Origin: the human T2T-CHM13v2.0 reference genome, Homo sapiens
NCBI RefSeq assembly: GCF_009914755.1
Contig: NC_060935.1
Direction: 5' to 3' (one strand)
DNA: 64,000 nucleotides
Shown: positions 28,901 through 43,399 of the stretch, piece after piece
Position numbering within the stretch: the first letter of the stretch is position 1
Layout: every line of letters starts with the position of its first letter
The notes under the pieces: generated by a model
What the model was told of the DNA's origin: nothing
The model's database searches: none
Seen by the model: only the letters and a program-made list of their open reading frames with translations
Program-made: the position numbers and the translations under genes

Positions 28901-29747
28901 GACAGAGCAGCTCTGAAACCCTCTTATTCTAGAATCTGCAAGTGGACATTTGGAGGGCTTTGAGGCCTGTGGTGGAAAAGGAAAATCTTCACATAAAAAC
29001 TAGATGGAAGCATTCTCAGAAACTACTTTGTGATGATTGCATTCGACTCACAGAGTTGAACATTCCTATAGATAGAGCAGGTTGTAAACAATCTTTTTGT
29101 AGAATCTGCGATTGGAGATTTGGACTGCTTTGAGGCCTACTGTAGTAAAGGAAATAACTTCATCTAAAAACCAAACGGAAGCATTCACAGACAATTCTTA
29201 GTGATCATTGGATTGAACTAACAGAGCTGAACATTCCTTTAGATGGAGCAGTTTCCAAACCCACTTTCTGTAGAATATGCAAGTGGATATTTGGACCTCT
29301 CTGAGGATTTCGTTGGAAACGGGATAAACTTCCCAGAACTACACGGAAGCATGCTGAGAAACTTCTTTGTGATGTTTGCATTCAACTCACAGAGTTGAAC
29401 CTTGCTTTCATAGTTCAGCTTTCAAACACTCTTTTTGTAGAATCTGCAAGTGGATATTTGGACCACTTTGTGGCCTTCCTTCGAAACGGGTATATCTTCA
29501 CATCAAACCTAGACAGAAGCATTCTCAGAATGTTTCCTGTGATGACTGCATTCAACTCACAGAGGTGAACAATCCTGCTGATGGAGCAATTTTGAAACTC
29601 TCTTTCTTTGGATTCTGCAAGTGGATATGTGGACCTTTGTGAAGATTTCGTTGGAAACGGGTTCATCTTCACAGAAAAACTAAACAGAAGCATTCTCAGA
29701 AACTGCTTTGTGATGTTTGTGTTCCACTTCAGGAATTGAACTTTCCT

Positions 29748-32700
29748 CTTGACAGAGCAGCTCTGAAACCCTCTTATTCTAGAATCTGCAAGTGGACATT
29801 TGGAGGGCTTTGAGGCCTGTGGTGGAAAAGGAAAATCTTCACATAAAAACTAGATGGAAGCATTCTCAGAAACTACTTTGTGATGATTGCATTCGACTCA
29901 CAGAGTTGAACATTCCTATAGATAGAGCAGGTTGTAAACAATCTTTTTGTAGAATCTGCGATTGGAGATTTGGACTGCTTTGAGGCCTACTGTAGTAAAG
30001 GAAATAACTTCATCTAAAAACCAAACGGAAGCATTCACAGACAATTCTTAGTGATCATTGCATTGAACTAACAGAGCTGAACATTCCTTTAGATGGCGCA
30101 GTTTCCAAACACACTTTCTGTAGAATCTGCAAGTGGATATTTGGACTTCTCTGAGGATTTCGTTGGAAACGGGATAAACTTCCCAGAACTACACGGAAGC
30201 ATTGTGAGAAACTTCTTTGTGATGTTTGCATTCAACTCACAGAGTTGAAACTTGCTTTCATAGTTCAGCTTTCAAACACTCTTTTTGTAGAATCTGCAAG
30301 TGGATATTTGGACCACTTTGTGGCCTTCCTTCGAAACGGGTATATCTTCACATCAAACCTAGACATAAGCATTCTCAGAATGTTTCCTGTGAAGACTGCA
30401 TTCAACTCACAGAGATGAACAATCCTGTTGATGGAGCACTTTGGAAACTCTCTTTCTTTGGATTCTGCAAGTTGATATGTGGACCTCTGTGAAGATTTCG
30501 TTGGAAACGGGTTCATCTTCACAGAAAAACTAAACAGAAGCATTCTCAAAAACTACTTTGTGATGTTTGTGTTCCACTTCAAGAATTGAACTTTCCTCTT
30601 GACAGAGCAGTTCTGAAAACCTCTTTTTCTAGAATCTGCAAGTGGACATTTGGAGGGCTTTGAGGCCTGTGGTGGAAAAGGAAAATCTTCACATAAAAAC
30701 TAGATGGAAGCATTCTCAGAAACTACTTTGTGATGATTGCATTCGACTCACAGAGTTGAACATTCCTATAGATAGAGCAGGTTGTAAACAATCTTTTTGT
30801 AGAATCTGCGATTGGAGATTCGGACTGCTTTGAGGCCTACTGTAGTAAAGGAAATAACTTCATCTAAAAACCAAACGGAAGCATTCACAGACAATTCTTA
30901 GTGATCATTGCATTGAACTAACAGAGCTGAACATTCCTTTACATGGCGCAGTTTCCAAACACACTTTCTGTAGAATCTGCAAGTGGATATTTGGACCTCT
31001 CTGAGGATTTCGTTGGAAACGGGATAAACTTCCCAGAACTACACGGAAGCATGCTGAGAAACTTCTTTGTGATGTTTGCATTCAACTCACAGAGTTGAAC
31101 CTTGCTTTCATAGTTCAGCTTTCAAACACTTTTTTTGTAGAATCTGCAAGTGGATATTTGGACCACTTTGTGGCCTTCCTTCGAAACGGGTATATCTTCA
31201 CATCAAACCTAGACAGAAGCATTCTCAGAATGTTTCCTGTGATGACTGCATTCAACTCACAGAGGTGAACAATCCTGCTGATGGAGGAGTTTTGAAACTC
31301 TCTTTCTTTGGATTCTGCAAGTGGATATGTGGACCTCTGTGAAGATTTCGTTGGAAACGGGTTCATCTTCACAGAAAAACTAAACAGAAGCATTCTCAGA
31401 AACTGCTTTGTGATGTTTGTGTTCCACTTCAGGAATTGAACTTTCCTCTTGACAGAGCAGCTCTGAAACCCTCTTATTCTAGAATCTGCAAGTGGACATT
31501 TGGAGGGCTTTGAGGCCTGTGGTGGAAAAGGAAAATCTTCACATAAAAACTAGATGGAAGCATTCTCAGAAACTACTTTGTGATGATTGCATTCGACTCA
31601 CAGAGTTGAACATTCCTATAGATAGAGCAGGTTGTAAACAATCTTTTTCTAGAATCTGCTATTGGAGATTTGGACTCCTTTGAGGCCTACTGTAGTAAAG
31701 GAAATAACTTCATCTAAAAACCAAACGGAAGCATTCACAGACAATTCTCAGGATCATTGGATTGAACTAACAGAGCTGAACATTCCTTTAGATGGAGCAG
31801 TTTCCAAACACACTTTCTGTAGAATCTGCAAGTGGATATTTGGACTTCTCTGAGAATTTCGTTGGAAAAGGGATAAACTTCCCAGAACTACACGGAAGCA
31901 TTGTGAGAAACTTCTTTGTGATGTTTGCATTCAACTCACAGAGTTGAACCTTGCTTTCATAGTTCAGCTTTCAAACACTCTTTTTGTAGAATCTGCAAGT
32001 GGATATTTGGACCACTTTGTGGCCTTCCTTCGAAACGGGTATATCTTCACATCAAACCTAGACAGAAGCATTCTCAGAATGTTTCCTGTGATGACTGCAT
32101 TCAACTCACAGAGGTGAACAATCCTGTTGATGGAGCACTTTTGAAACTCTCTTTCTTTGGATTCTGCAAGTTGATATGTGGACCTCTGTGAAGATTTCGT
32201 TGGAAACGGGTTCATCTTCACAGAAAAACTAAACAGAAGCATTCTCAGAAACTACTTTGTGATGTTTGTGTTCCACTTCAAGAATTGAACTTTCCTCTTG
32301 ACAGAGCAGCTCTGAAACCCTCTTTTTCTAGAATCTGCAAGTGGACATTTGGAGGGCTTTGAGGCCTGTGGTGGAAAAGGAAAATCTTCACATAAAAACT
32401 AGATGGAAGCATTCTCAGAAACTACTTTGTGATGATTGCATTCGTCTCACAGAGTTGAACATTCCTATAGTTAGAGCAGGTTGTAAACAATCTTTTTGTA
32501 GAATCTGCGATTGGAGATTTGGACTGCTTGGAGGCCTACTGTAGTAAAGTAAATAACTTCATCTAAAAACCAAACGGAAGCATTCACAGACAATTCTTAG
32601 TGATCATTGCATTGAACTAACAGAGCTGAACATTCCTTTAGATGGCGCAGTTTCCAAACACACTTTCTGTAGAATCTGCAAGTGGATATTTGGACCTCTC

Positions 32701-34880
32701 TGAGGATTTCGTTGGAAACCGGATAAACTTCCCAGAACTACACGGAAGCACTGTGAGAAAATTCTTTGTGATGTTTGCATTCAACTCACAGAGTTGAACC
32801 TTGCTTTCATAGTTCAGCTTTCAAACACTCTTTTTGTAGAATCTGCAAGTGGATATTTGGACCACTTTGTGGCCTTCCTTCGAAACGGGTATATCTTCCC
32901 ATCAAACCTAGACAGAAGCATTCTCAGAATGTTTCCTGTGATGACTGCATTCAACTCACAGAGGTGAACAATCCTGTTGATGGAGCACTTTTGAAACTCT
33001 CTTTCTTTGGATTCTGCAAGTTGATATGTGGACCTCTGTGAAGATTTCGTTGGAAACGGGTTCATCTTCACAGAAAAACTAAACAGAAGCATTCTCAGAA
33101 ACTACTATGTGATGTTTGTGTTCCACTTCAAGAATTGAACTTTCCTCTTGACAGAGGAGCTCTGAAACCCTCTTTTTCTAGAATCTGCAAGTGAACATTT
33201 GGAGGGCTTTGAGGCCTGTGGTGGAAAAGGAAAATCTTCACATAAAAACTAGATGGAAGCATTCTCAGAAACTACTTTGTGATGATTGCATTCGACTCAC
33301 AGAGTTGAACATTCCTATAGATAGAGCAGGTTGTAAACAATCTTTTTGTAGAATCTGCGATTGGAGATTTGGACTGCTTTGAGGCCTACTGTAGTAAAGG
33401 AAATAACTTCATCTAAAAACCAAACGGAAGCATTCACAGACAATTCTTAGTGATCATTGCATTGAACTAACAGAGCTGAACATTCCTTTAGATGGCGCAG
33501 TTTCCAAACACACTTTCTGTAGAATCTGCAAGTGGATATTTGGACCTCTCTGAGGATTTCGTTAGAAAAGGGATAAACTTCCCAGAACTACACGGAAGCA
33601 TGCTGAGAAACTTCTTTGTGATGTTTGCATTCAACTCACAGAGTTGAACCTTGCTTTCATAGTTCAGCTTTCAAACACTCTTTTTGTAGAATCTGCAAGT
33701 GGATATTTGGACCACTTTGTGGCCTTCCTTGAAACGGGTATATCTTCACATCAAACCTAGACAGAAGCATTCTCAGAATGTTTCCTGTGATGACTGCATT
33801 CAACTCACAGAGGTGAACAATCCTGCTGATGGAGCAGTTTTGAAACTCTCTTTCTTTGGATTCTGCAAGTGGATATGTGGACCTCTGTGAAGATTTCGTT
33901 GGAAACGGGTTCATCTTCACAGAAAAACTAAACAGAAGCATTCTCAGAAACTGCTTTGTGATGTTTGTGTTCCACTTCAGGAATTGAACTTTCCTCTTGA
34001 CAGAGCAGCTCTGAAACCCTCTTATTCTAGAATCTGCAAGTGGACATTTGGAGGGCTTTGAGGCCTGTGGTGGAAAAGGAAAATCTTCACATAAAAACTA
34101 GATGGAAGCATTCTCAGAAACTACTTTGTGATGATTGCATTCGACTCACAGAGTTGAACATTCCTATAGATAGAGCAGGTTGTAAACAATCTTTTTGTAG
34201 AAAATGCGATTGGAGATTTGGACTGCTTTGAGGCCTACTGTAGTAAAGGAAATAACTTCATCTAAAAACCAAACGGAAGCATTCACAGACAATTCTTAGT
34301 GATCATTGCACTGAACTAACAGAGCTGAACATTCCTTTAGATGGAGCAGTTTCCAAACCCACTTTCTGTAGAATCTGCAAGTGGATATTTGGACTTCTCT
34401 GAGGATTTCGTGGGAAACGGGATAAACTTCCCAGAACTACACGGAAGCATTGTGAGAAACTTCTTTGTGATGTTTGCATTCAACTCACAGAGTTGAACCT
34501 TGCTTTCATAGTTCAGCTTTCAAACACTCTTTTTGTAGAATCTGCAAGTGGATATTTGGACCACTTTGTGGCCTTCCTTCGAAACGGGTATATCTTCACA
34601 TCAAACCTAGACAGAAGCATTCTCAGAATGTTTCCTGTGATGACTGCATTCAACTCACAGAGGTGAACAATCCTGCTGATGGAGCAGTTTTGAAACTCTC
34701 TTTCTTTGGATTCTGCAAGTGGATATGTGGACCTCTGTGAAGATTTCGTTGGAAACGGGTTCATCTTCACAGAAAAACTAAACAGGAGCATTCTCAGAAA
34801 CTGCTTTGTGATGTTTGTGTTCCACTTCAAGAATTGAACTTTCCTCTTGACAGAGCAGCTCTGAAACCCTCTTTTACTAG
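29748..34880 (+). repeat. Dispersed copy of the 6-HOR (5098 bp) block that is tandem at 43.2-53.4 kb
   Basis: The same ordered variant series appears at offsets 13433 and 18531 (e.g. ORFs 31662/45095/50193, 32341/45774/50872, 33699/47132/52230, 34040/47473/52571). Confidence 0.88.
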
Positions 34881-34958
34881 AATCTGCAAGTGGACATTTG
34901 GAGGGCTTTGAGGCCTGTGGTGGAAAAGGAAAATCTTCACATAAAAACTAGATGGAAG

Positions 34959-35638
34959 CATTCTCAGAAACTACTTTGTGATGATTGCATTCGACGCACA
35001 GAGTTGAACATTCCTATAGATAGAGCAGGTTGTAAACAATCTTTTTGTAGAATCTGCGATTGGAGATTTGGACTGCTTTGAGGCCTACTGTAGTAAAGGA
35101 AATAACTTCATCTAAAAACCAAACGGAAGCATTCACAGACAATTCTTAGTGATCATTGCATTGAACTAACAGAGCTGAACATTCCTTTACATGGCGCAGT
35201 TTCCAAACACACTTTCTGTAGAATCTGCAAGTGGATATTTGGACCTCTCTGAGGATTTCGTTGGAAACGGGATAAACTTCCCAGAACTACACGGAAGCAT
35301 GCTGAGAAACTTCTTTGTGATGTTTGCATTCAACTCACAGAGTTGAACCTTGCTTTCATAGTTCAGCTTTCAAACACTCTTTTTGTAGAATCTGCAAGTG
35401 GATATTTGGACCACTTTGTGGCCTTCCTTCGAAACGGGTATATCTTCACATCAAACCTAGACAGAAGCATTCTCAGAATGTTTCCTGTGATGACTGCATT
35501 CAACTCACAGAGGTGAACAATCCTGCTGATGGAGCAGTTTTGAAACTCTCTTTCTTTGGATTCTGCAAGTGGATATGTGGACCTCTGTGAAGATTTCGTT
35601 GGAAACGGGTTCATCTTCACAGAAAAACTAAACAGAAG
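34959..35638 (+). repeat. Structural-variant 4-mer HOR (680 bp; W4-type monomer deleted), copy 1
   Basis: The W3 end (AAAACTAAACAGAAG) joins directly to the W5 start (CATTCTCAGAAACTACTTTGTGATGATTGCATTCGAC) at 35638/35639. ORF spacing 35324 to 36004 is 680 bp. Confidence 0.95.
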
Positions 35639-38600
35639 CATTCTCAGAAACTACTTTGTGATGATTGCATTCGACTCACAGAGTTGAACATTCCTATAGA
35701 TAGAGCAGGTTGTAAACAATCTTTTTGTAGAATCTGCGATTGGAGATTTGGACTGCTTTGAGGCATACTGTAGTAAAGGAAATAACTTCATCTAAAAACC
35801 AAACGGAAGCATTCACAGACAATTCTTAGTGATCATTGCATTGAACTAACAGAGCTGAACATTCCTTTAGATGGCGCAGTTTCCAAACACACTTTCTGTA
35901 GAAACTGCAAGTGGATATTTTGACCTCTCTGAGGATTTCGTTGGAAACGGGATAAACTTCCCAGAACTACACGGAAGCATTCTGAGAAACTTCTTTGTGA
36001 TGTTTGCATTCAACTCACAGAGTTGAACCTTGCTTTCATAGTTCAGCTTTCAAACCCTCTTTTTGTAGAATCTGCAAGTGGATATTTGGACCACTTTGTG
36101 GCCTTCCTTCGAAACGGGTATATCTTCACATCAAACCTAGACAGAAGCATTCTCAGAATGTTTCCTGTGATGACTGCATTCAACTCACAGAGGTGAACAA
36201 TCCTGCTGATGGAGGAGTTTTGAAACTCTCTTTCTTTGGATTCTGCAAGTGGATATGTGGACCTCTGTGAAGATTTCGTTGGAAACGGGTTCATCTTCAC
36301 AGAAAAACTAAAACTAAACAGAAGCATTCTCAGAAACTGCTTTGTGATGTTTGTGTTCCACTTCAGGAATTGAACTTTCCTCTTGACAGAGCAGCTCTGA
36401 AACCCTCTTATTCTAGAATCTGCAAGTGGACATTTGAAGGGCTTTGAGGCCTGTGGTGGAAAAGGAAAATCTTCACATAAAAACTAGATGGAAGCATTCT
36501 CAGAACCTACTTTGTGATGATTGCATTCGACTCACAGAGTTGAACATTCCTATAGATAGAGCAGGTTGTAAACAATCTTTTTGTAGAATCTGCGATTGGA
36601 GATTTGGACTGCTTTGAGGCCTACTGTAGTAAAGGAAATAACTTCATCTAAAAACCAAACGGAAGCATTCACAGACAATTCTTAGTGATCATTGCATTGA
36701 ACTAACAGAGCTGAACATTCCTTTAGATGGCGCAGTTTCCAAACACACTTTCTGTAGAATCTGCAAGTGGATATTTGGACCTCTCTGAGGATTTCGTTAG
36801 AAAAGGGATAAACTTCCCAGAACTACACGGAAGCATGCTGAGAAACTTCTTTGTGATGTTTGCATTCAACTCACAGAGTTGAACCTTGCTTTCATAGTTC
36901 AGCTTTCAAACACTCTTTTTGTAGAATCTGCAAGTGGATATTTGGACCACTTTGTGGCCTTCCTTGAAACGGGTATATCTTCACATCAAACCTAGACAGA
37001 AGCATTCTCAGAATGTTTCCTGTGATGACTGCATTCAACTCACAGAGGTGAACAATCCTGCTGATGGAGCAGTTTTGAAACTCTCTTTCTTTGGATTCTG
37101 CAAGTGGATATGTGGACCTCTGTGAAGATTTCGTTGGAAACGGGTTCATCTTCACAGAAAAACTAAACAGAAGCATTCTCAGAAACTGCTTTGTGATGTT
37201 TGTGTTCCACTTCAGGAATTGAACTTTCCTCTTGACAGAGCAGCTCTGAAACCCTCTTATTCTAGAATCTGCAAGTGGACATTTGGAGGGCTTTGAGGCC
37301 TGTGGTGGAAAAGGAAAATCTTCACATAAAAACTAGATGGAAGCATTCTCAGAAACTACTTTGTGATGATTGCATTCGACTCACAGAGTTGAACATTCCT
37401 ATAGATAGAGCAGGTTGTAAACAATCTTTTTGTAGAAAATGCGATTGGAGATTTGGACTGCTTTGAGGCCTACTGTAGTAAAGGAAATAACTTCATCTAA
37501 AAACCAAACGGAAGCATTCACAGACAATTCTTAGTGATCATTGCACTGAACTAACAGAGCTGAACATTCCTTTAGATGGAGCAGTTTCCAAACCCACTTT
37601 CTGTAGAATCTGCAAGTGGATATTTGGACTTCTCTGAGGATTTCGTGGGAAACGGGATAAACTTCCCAGAACTACACGGAAGCATTGTGAGAAACTTCTT
37701 TGTGATGTTTGCATTCAACTCACAGAGTTGAACCTTGCTTTCATAGTTCAGCTTTCAAACACTCTTTTTGTAGAATCTGCAAGTGGATATTTGGACCACT
37801 TTGTGGCCTTCCTTCGAAACGGGTATATCTTCACATCAAACCTAGACAGAAGCATTCTCAGAATGTTTCCTGTGATGACTGCATTCAACTCACAGAGGTG
37901 AACAATCCTGCTGATGGAGCAGTTTTGAAACTCTCTTTCTTTGGATTCTGCAAGTGGATATGTGGACCTCTGTGAAGATTTCGTTGGAAACGGGTTCATC
38001 TTCACAGAAAAACTAAACAGGAGCATTCTCAGAAACTGCTTTGTGATGTTTGTGTTCCACTTCAAGAATTGAACTTTCCTCTTGACAGAGCAGCTCTGAA
38101 ACCCTCTTTTACTAGAATCTGCAAGTGGACATTTGGAGGGCTTTGAGGCCTGTGGTGGAAAAGGAAAATCTTCACATAAAAACTTTATGGAAGCATTCTC
38201 AGAAACTTCTTTGTGATGATTGCATTCGACTCACAGAGTTGAACATTCCTATATATAGAGCAGGTTGTAAACAATCTTTTTGTAGAATCTGCGATTGGAG
38301 ATTTGGACTGCTTTGAGGCCTACTGTAGTAAAGGAAATTACTTCATCTAAAAACGAAACGGAAGCATTCACAGACAATTCTTAGTGATCATTGGATTGAA
38401 CTAACAGAGCTGAACACTCCTTTAGATGGAGCAGTTTCCAAACCCACTTTCTGTAGAATCTGCAAGTGGATATTTGGACTTCTCAGAGGATTTCGTTGGA
38501 AACGGGATAAACTTCCCAGAACTACACGGAAGCATTGTGAGAAACTTCTTTGTGATGTTTGCATTCAACTCACAGAGTTGAACCTTGTTTTCATAGTTCA

Positions 38601-38759
38601 GCTTTCAAACACTCTTTTTGTAGAATCTGCAAGTGGATATTTGGACCACTTTGTGGCCTTCCTTCGAAACGGGTATACCTTCACATCAAACCTAGACAGA
38701 AACATTCTCAGAATGTTTCCTGTGATGACTGCATTCAACTCACAGAGGTGAACAATCCT

Positions 38760-41700
38760 GTTGATGGAGCACTTTTGAAACTCTCTTTCTTTGGATTCTG
38801 CAAGTTGATATGTGGACCTCTGTGAAGATTTCGTTGGAAACGGGTTCATCTTCACAGAAAAATTAAACAGAAGCATTCTCAGAAACTACTTTGTGATGTT
38901 TGTGTTCCACTTCAAGAATTGAACTTTCCTCTTGACAGAGCAGCTCTGAAACCCTCTTTTTCTAGAATCTGCAAGTGGACATTTGGAGGGCTTTGAGGCC
39001 TGTGGTGGAAAAGGAAAATCTTCACATAAAAACTAGATGGAAGCATTCTCCGAAACTACTTTGTGATGATTGCATTCGACTCACAGAGTTGAACATTCCT
39101 ATAGATAGAGCAGGTTGTAAACAATCTTTTTGTAGAATCTGCGATTGGAGATTTGGATTGCTTTGAGGCCTACTGTAGTAAGGGAAATAACTTCATCTAA
39201 AAACCAAACGGAAGCATTCACAGAAAATTCTTAGTGATCATTGCATTGAACTAACAGAGGTGAACATTCCTTTAGATGGCGCAGTTTCCAAACACACTTT
39301 CTGTAGAATCTGCAAGTGGATATTTGGACCTCTCTGAGGATTTCGTTGGAAACGGGATAAACTTCCCAGAACTACACGGAAGCATTGTGAGAAACTTCTT
39401 TGTGATGTTTGCATTCAACTCACAGAGTTGAACCTTGCTTTCATAGTTCAGCTTTCAAACACTCTTTTTGTAGAATCTGCAAGTGGATATTTGGACCACT
39501 TTGTGACCTTCCTTCGAAACGGGTATATCTTCACATCAAACCTAGACAGAAGCATTCTCAGAATGTTTCCTGTGATGACTGCATTCAACTCACCGAGGTC
39601 AACAATCCTGCTGATGGAGCAGTTTTGAAACTCTCTTTCTTTGGATTCTGCAAGTGGATATGTGGACCTCTGTGAAGATTTCGTTGGAAACGGGTTCATC
39701 TTCACAGAAAAACTAAACAGGAGCATTCTCAGAAACTGCTTTGTGATGTTTGTGTTCCACTTTAAGAATTGAACTTTCCTCTTGACAGAGCAGCTCTGAA
39801 ACCCTCTTTTTCTAGAATCTGCAAGTGGACATTTGGAGGGCTTTGAGGCCTGTGGTGGAAAAGGAAAATCTTCACATAAAAACTAGATGGAAGCATTCTC
39901 AGAAACTACTTTGTGATGATTGCATTCGACGCACAGAGTTGAACATTCCTATAGATAGAGCAGGTTGTAAACAATCTTTTTGTAGAATCTGCGATTGGAG
40001 ATTTGGACTGCTTTGAGGCCTACTGTAGTAAAGGAAATAACTTCATCTAAAAACCAAACGGAAGCATTCACAGACAATTCTTAGTGATCATTGCACTGAA
40101 CTAACAGAGCTGAACATTCCTTTAGATGGAGCAGTTTCCAAACCCACTTTCTGTAGAATCTGCAAGTGGATATTTGGACTTCTCTGAGGATTTCGTGGGA
40201 AAAGGGATAAACTTCCCAGAACTACACGGAAGCATTGTGAGAAACTTCTTTGTGATGTTTGCATTCAACTCACAGAGTTGAACCTTGCTTTCATAGTTCA
40301 GCTTTCAAACACTCTTTTTGTAGAATCTGCAAGTGGATATTTGGACCACTTTGTGGCCTTCCTTCGAAACGGGTATATCTTCACATCAAACCTAGACAGA
40401 AGCATTCTCAGAATGTTTCCTGTGATGACTGCATTCAACTCACAGAGGTGAACAATCCTGTTGATGGAGCACTTTTGAAACTCTCTTTCTTTGGATTCTG
40501 CAAGTTGATATGTGGACCTCTGTGAAGATTTCGTTGGAAACGGGTTCATCTTCACAGAAAAATTAAACAGAAGCATTCTCAGAAACTACTTTGTGATGTT
40601 TGTGTTCCACTTCAAGAATTGAACTTTCCTCTTGACAGAGCAGCTCTGAAACCCTCTTTTTCTAGAATCTGCAAGTGGACATTTGGAGGGCTTTGAGGCC
40701 TGTGGTGGAAAAGGAAAATCTTCACATAAAAACTAGATGGAAGCATTCTCCGAAACTACTTTGTGATGATTGCATTCGACTCACAGAGTTGAACATTCCT
40801 ATAGATAGAGCAGGTTGTAAACAATCTTTTTGTAGAATCTGCGATTGGAGATTTGGATTGCTTTGAGGCCTACTGTAGTAAGGGAAATAACTTCATCTAA
40901 AAACCAAACGGAAGCATTCACAGAAAATTCTTAGTGATCATTGCATTGAACTAACAGAGGTGAACATTCCTTTAGATGGCGCAGTTTCCAAACACACTTT
41001 CTGTAGAATCTGCAAGTGGATATTTGGACCTCTCTGAGGATTTCGTTGGAAACGGGATAAACTTCCCAGAACTACACGGAAGCATTGTGAGAAACTTCTT
41101 TGTGATGTTTGCATTCAACTCACAGAGTTGAACCTTGCTTTCATAGTTCAGCTTTCAAACACTCTTTTTGTAGAATCTGCAAGTGGATATTTGGACCACT
41201 TTGTGACCTTCCTTCGAAACGGGTATATCTTCACATCAAACCTAGACAGAAGCATTCTCAGAATGTTTCCTGTGATGACTGCATTCAACTCACCGAGGTC
41301 AACAATCCTGCTGATGGAGCAGTTTTGAAACTCTCTTTCTTTGGATTCTGCAAGTGGATATGTGGACCTCTGTGAAGATTTCGTTGGAAACGGGTTCATC
41401 TTCACAGAAAAACTAAACAGGAGCATTCTCAGAAACTGCTTTGTGATGTTTGTGTTCCACTTTAAGAATTGAACTTTCCTCTTGACAGAGCAGCTCTGAA
41501 ACCCTCTTTTTCTAGAATCTGCAAGTGGACATTTGGAGGGCTTTGAGGCCTGTGGTGGAAAAGGAAAATCTTCACATAAAAACTAGATGGAAGCATTCTC
41601 AGAAACTACTTTGTGATGATTGCATTCGACGCACAGAGTTGAACATTCCTATAGATAGAGCAGGTTGTAAACAATCTTTTTGTAGAATCTGCGATTGGAG

Positions 41701-42300
41701 ATTTGGACTGCTTTGAGGCCTACTGTAGTAAAGGAAATAACTTCATCTAAAAACCAAACGGAAGCATTCACAGACAATTCTTAGTGATCATTGCATTGAA
41801 CTAACAGAGCTGAACATTCCTTTAGATGGAGCAGTTTCCAAACCCACTTTCTGTAGAATCTTCAAGTGGATATTTGGACTTCTCTGAGGATTTCGTTGGA
41901 AACGGGATAAACTTCCCAGAACTACACGGAAGCATTGTGAGAAACTTCTTTGTGATGTTTGCATTCAACTCACAGAGTTGAACCTTGCTTTCATAGTTCA
42001 GCTTTCAAACACTCTTTTTGTAGAATCTGCAAGTGGATATTTGGACCACTTTGTGGCCTTCCTTCGAAACGGGTATATCTTCCCATCAAACCTAGACAGA
42101 AGCATTCTCAGAATGTTTCCTGTGATGACTGCATTCAACTCACAGAGGTGAACAATCCTGTTGATGGAGCACTTTTGAAACTCTCTTTCTTTGGATTCTG
42201 CAAGTTGATATGTGGACCTCTGTGAAGATTTCGTTGGAAACGGGTTCATCTTCACAGAAAAATTAAACAGAAGCATTCTCAGAAACTACTTTGTGATGTT
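38760..42300 (+). repeat. Tandem 2-HOR (1700 bp) duplication
   Basis: Variants repeat at +1700: CGAAACTACT 39051/40751, CACCGAGGTC 39591/41291, TTTAAGAA 39761/41461, GACGCAC 39928/41628, AATTAAAC 38861/40561/42261. Confidence 0.88.
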
Positions 42301-43399
42301 TGTGTTCCACTTCTAGAATTGAACTTTCCTCTTGACAGAGCAGCTCTGAAACCCTCTTTTTCTAGAATCTGCAAATGGACATTTGGAGGGCTTTGAGGCC
42401 TGTGGTGGAAAAGGAAAATCTTCACATAAAAACTAGATGGAAGCATTCTCAGAAACTACTTTGTGATGATTGCATTCGACTCACAGAGTTGAACATTCCT
42501 ATAGATAGAGCAGGTTGTAAACAATCTTTTTGTAGAATCTGCGATTGGAGATTTGGACTGCTTTGAGGCCTACTGTAGTAAAGGAAATAACTTCATCTAA
42601 AAACCAAACGGAAGCATTCACAGACAATTCTTAGTGATCATTGCATTGAACTAACAGAGCTGAACATTCCTTTAGATGGCGCAGTTTCCAAACACACTTT
42701 CTGTAGAATGTGCAAGTGGATATTTGGAGCTCTCTGAGGATTTCGTTGGAAACGGGATAAACTTCCCAGAACTACACGGAAGCATGCTGAGAAACTTCTT
42801 TGTGATGTTTGCATTCAACTCACAGAGTTGAACCTTGCTTTCATAGTTCAGCTTTCAAACACTCTTTTTGTAGAATCTGCAAGTGGATATTTGGACCACT
42901 TTGTGGCCTTCCTTCGAAACGGGTATATCTTCACATCAAACCTAGACAGAAGCATTCTCAGAATGTTTCCTGTGATGACTGCATTCAACTCACAGAGGTG
43001 AACAATCCTGCTGATGGAGCACTTTTGAAACTCTCTTTCTTTGGATTCTGCAAGTGGATATGTGGACCTCTGTGAAGATTTCGTTGGAAACGGGTTCATC
43101 TTCACAGAAAAACTAAACAGAAGCATTCTCAGAAACTGCTTTGTGATGTTTGTGTTCCACTTCAGGAATTGAACTTTCCTCTTGACAGAGCAGCTCTGAA
43201 ACCCTCTTATTCTAGAATCTGCAAGTGGACATTTGGAGGGCTTTGAGGCCTGTGGTGGAAAAGGAAAATCTTCACATAAAAACTAGATGGAAGCATTCTC
43301 AGAACCTACTTTGTGATGATTGCATTCGACTCACACAGTTGAACATTCCTATAGATAGAGCAGGTTGTAAACAATCTTTTTGTAGAATCTGCGATTGGA

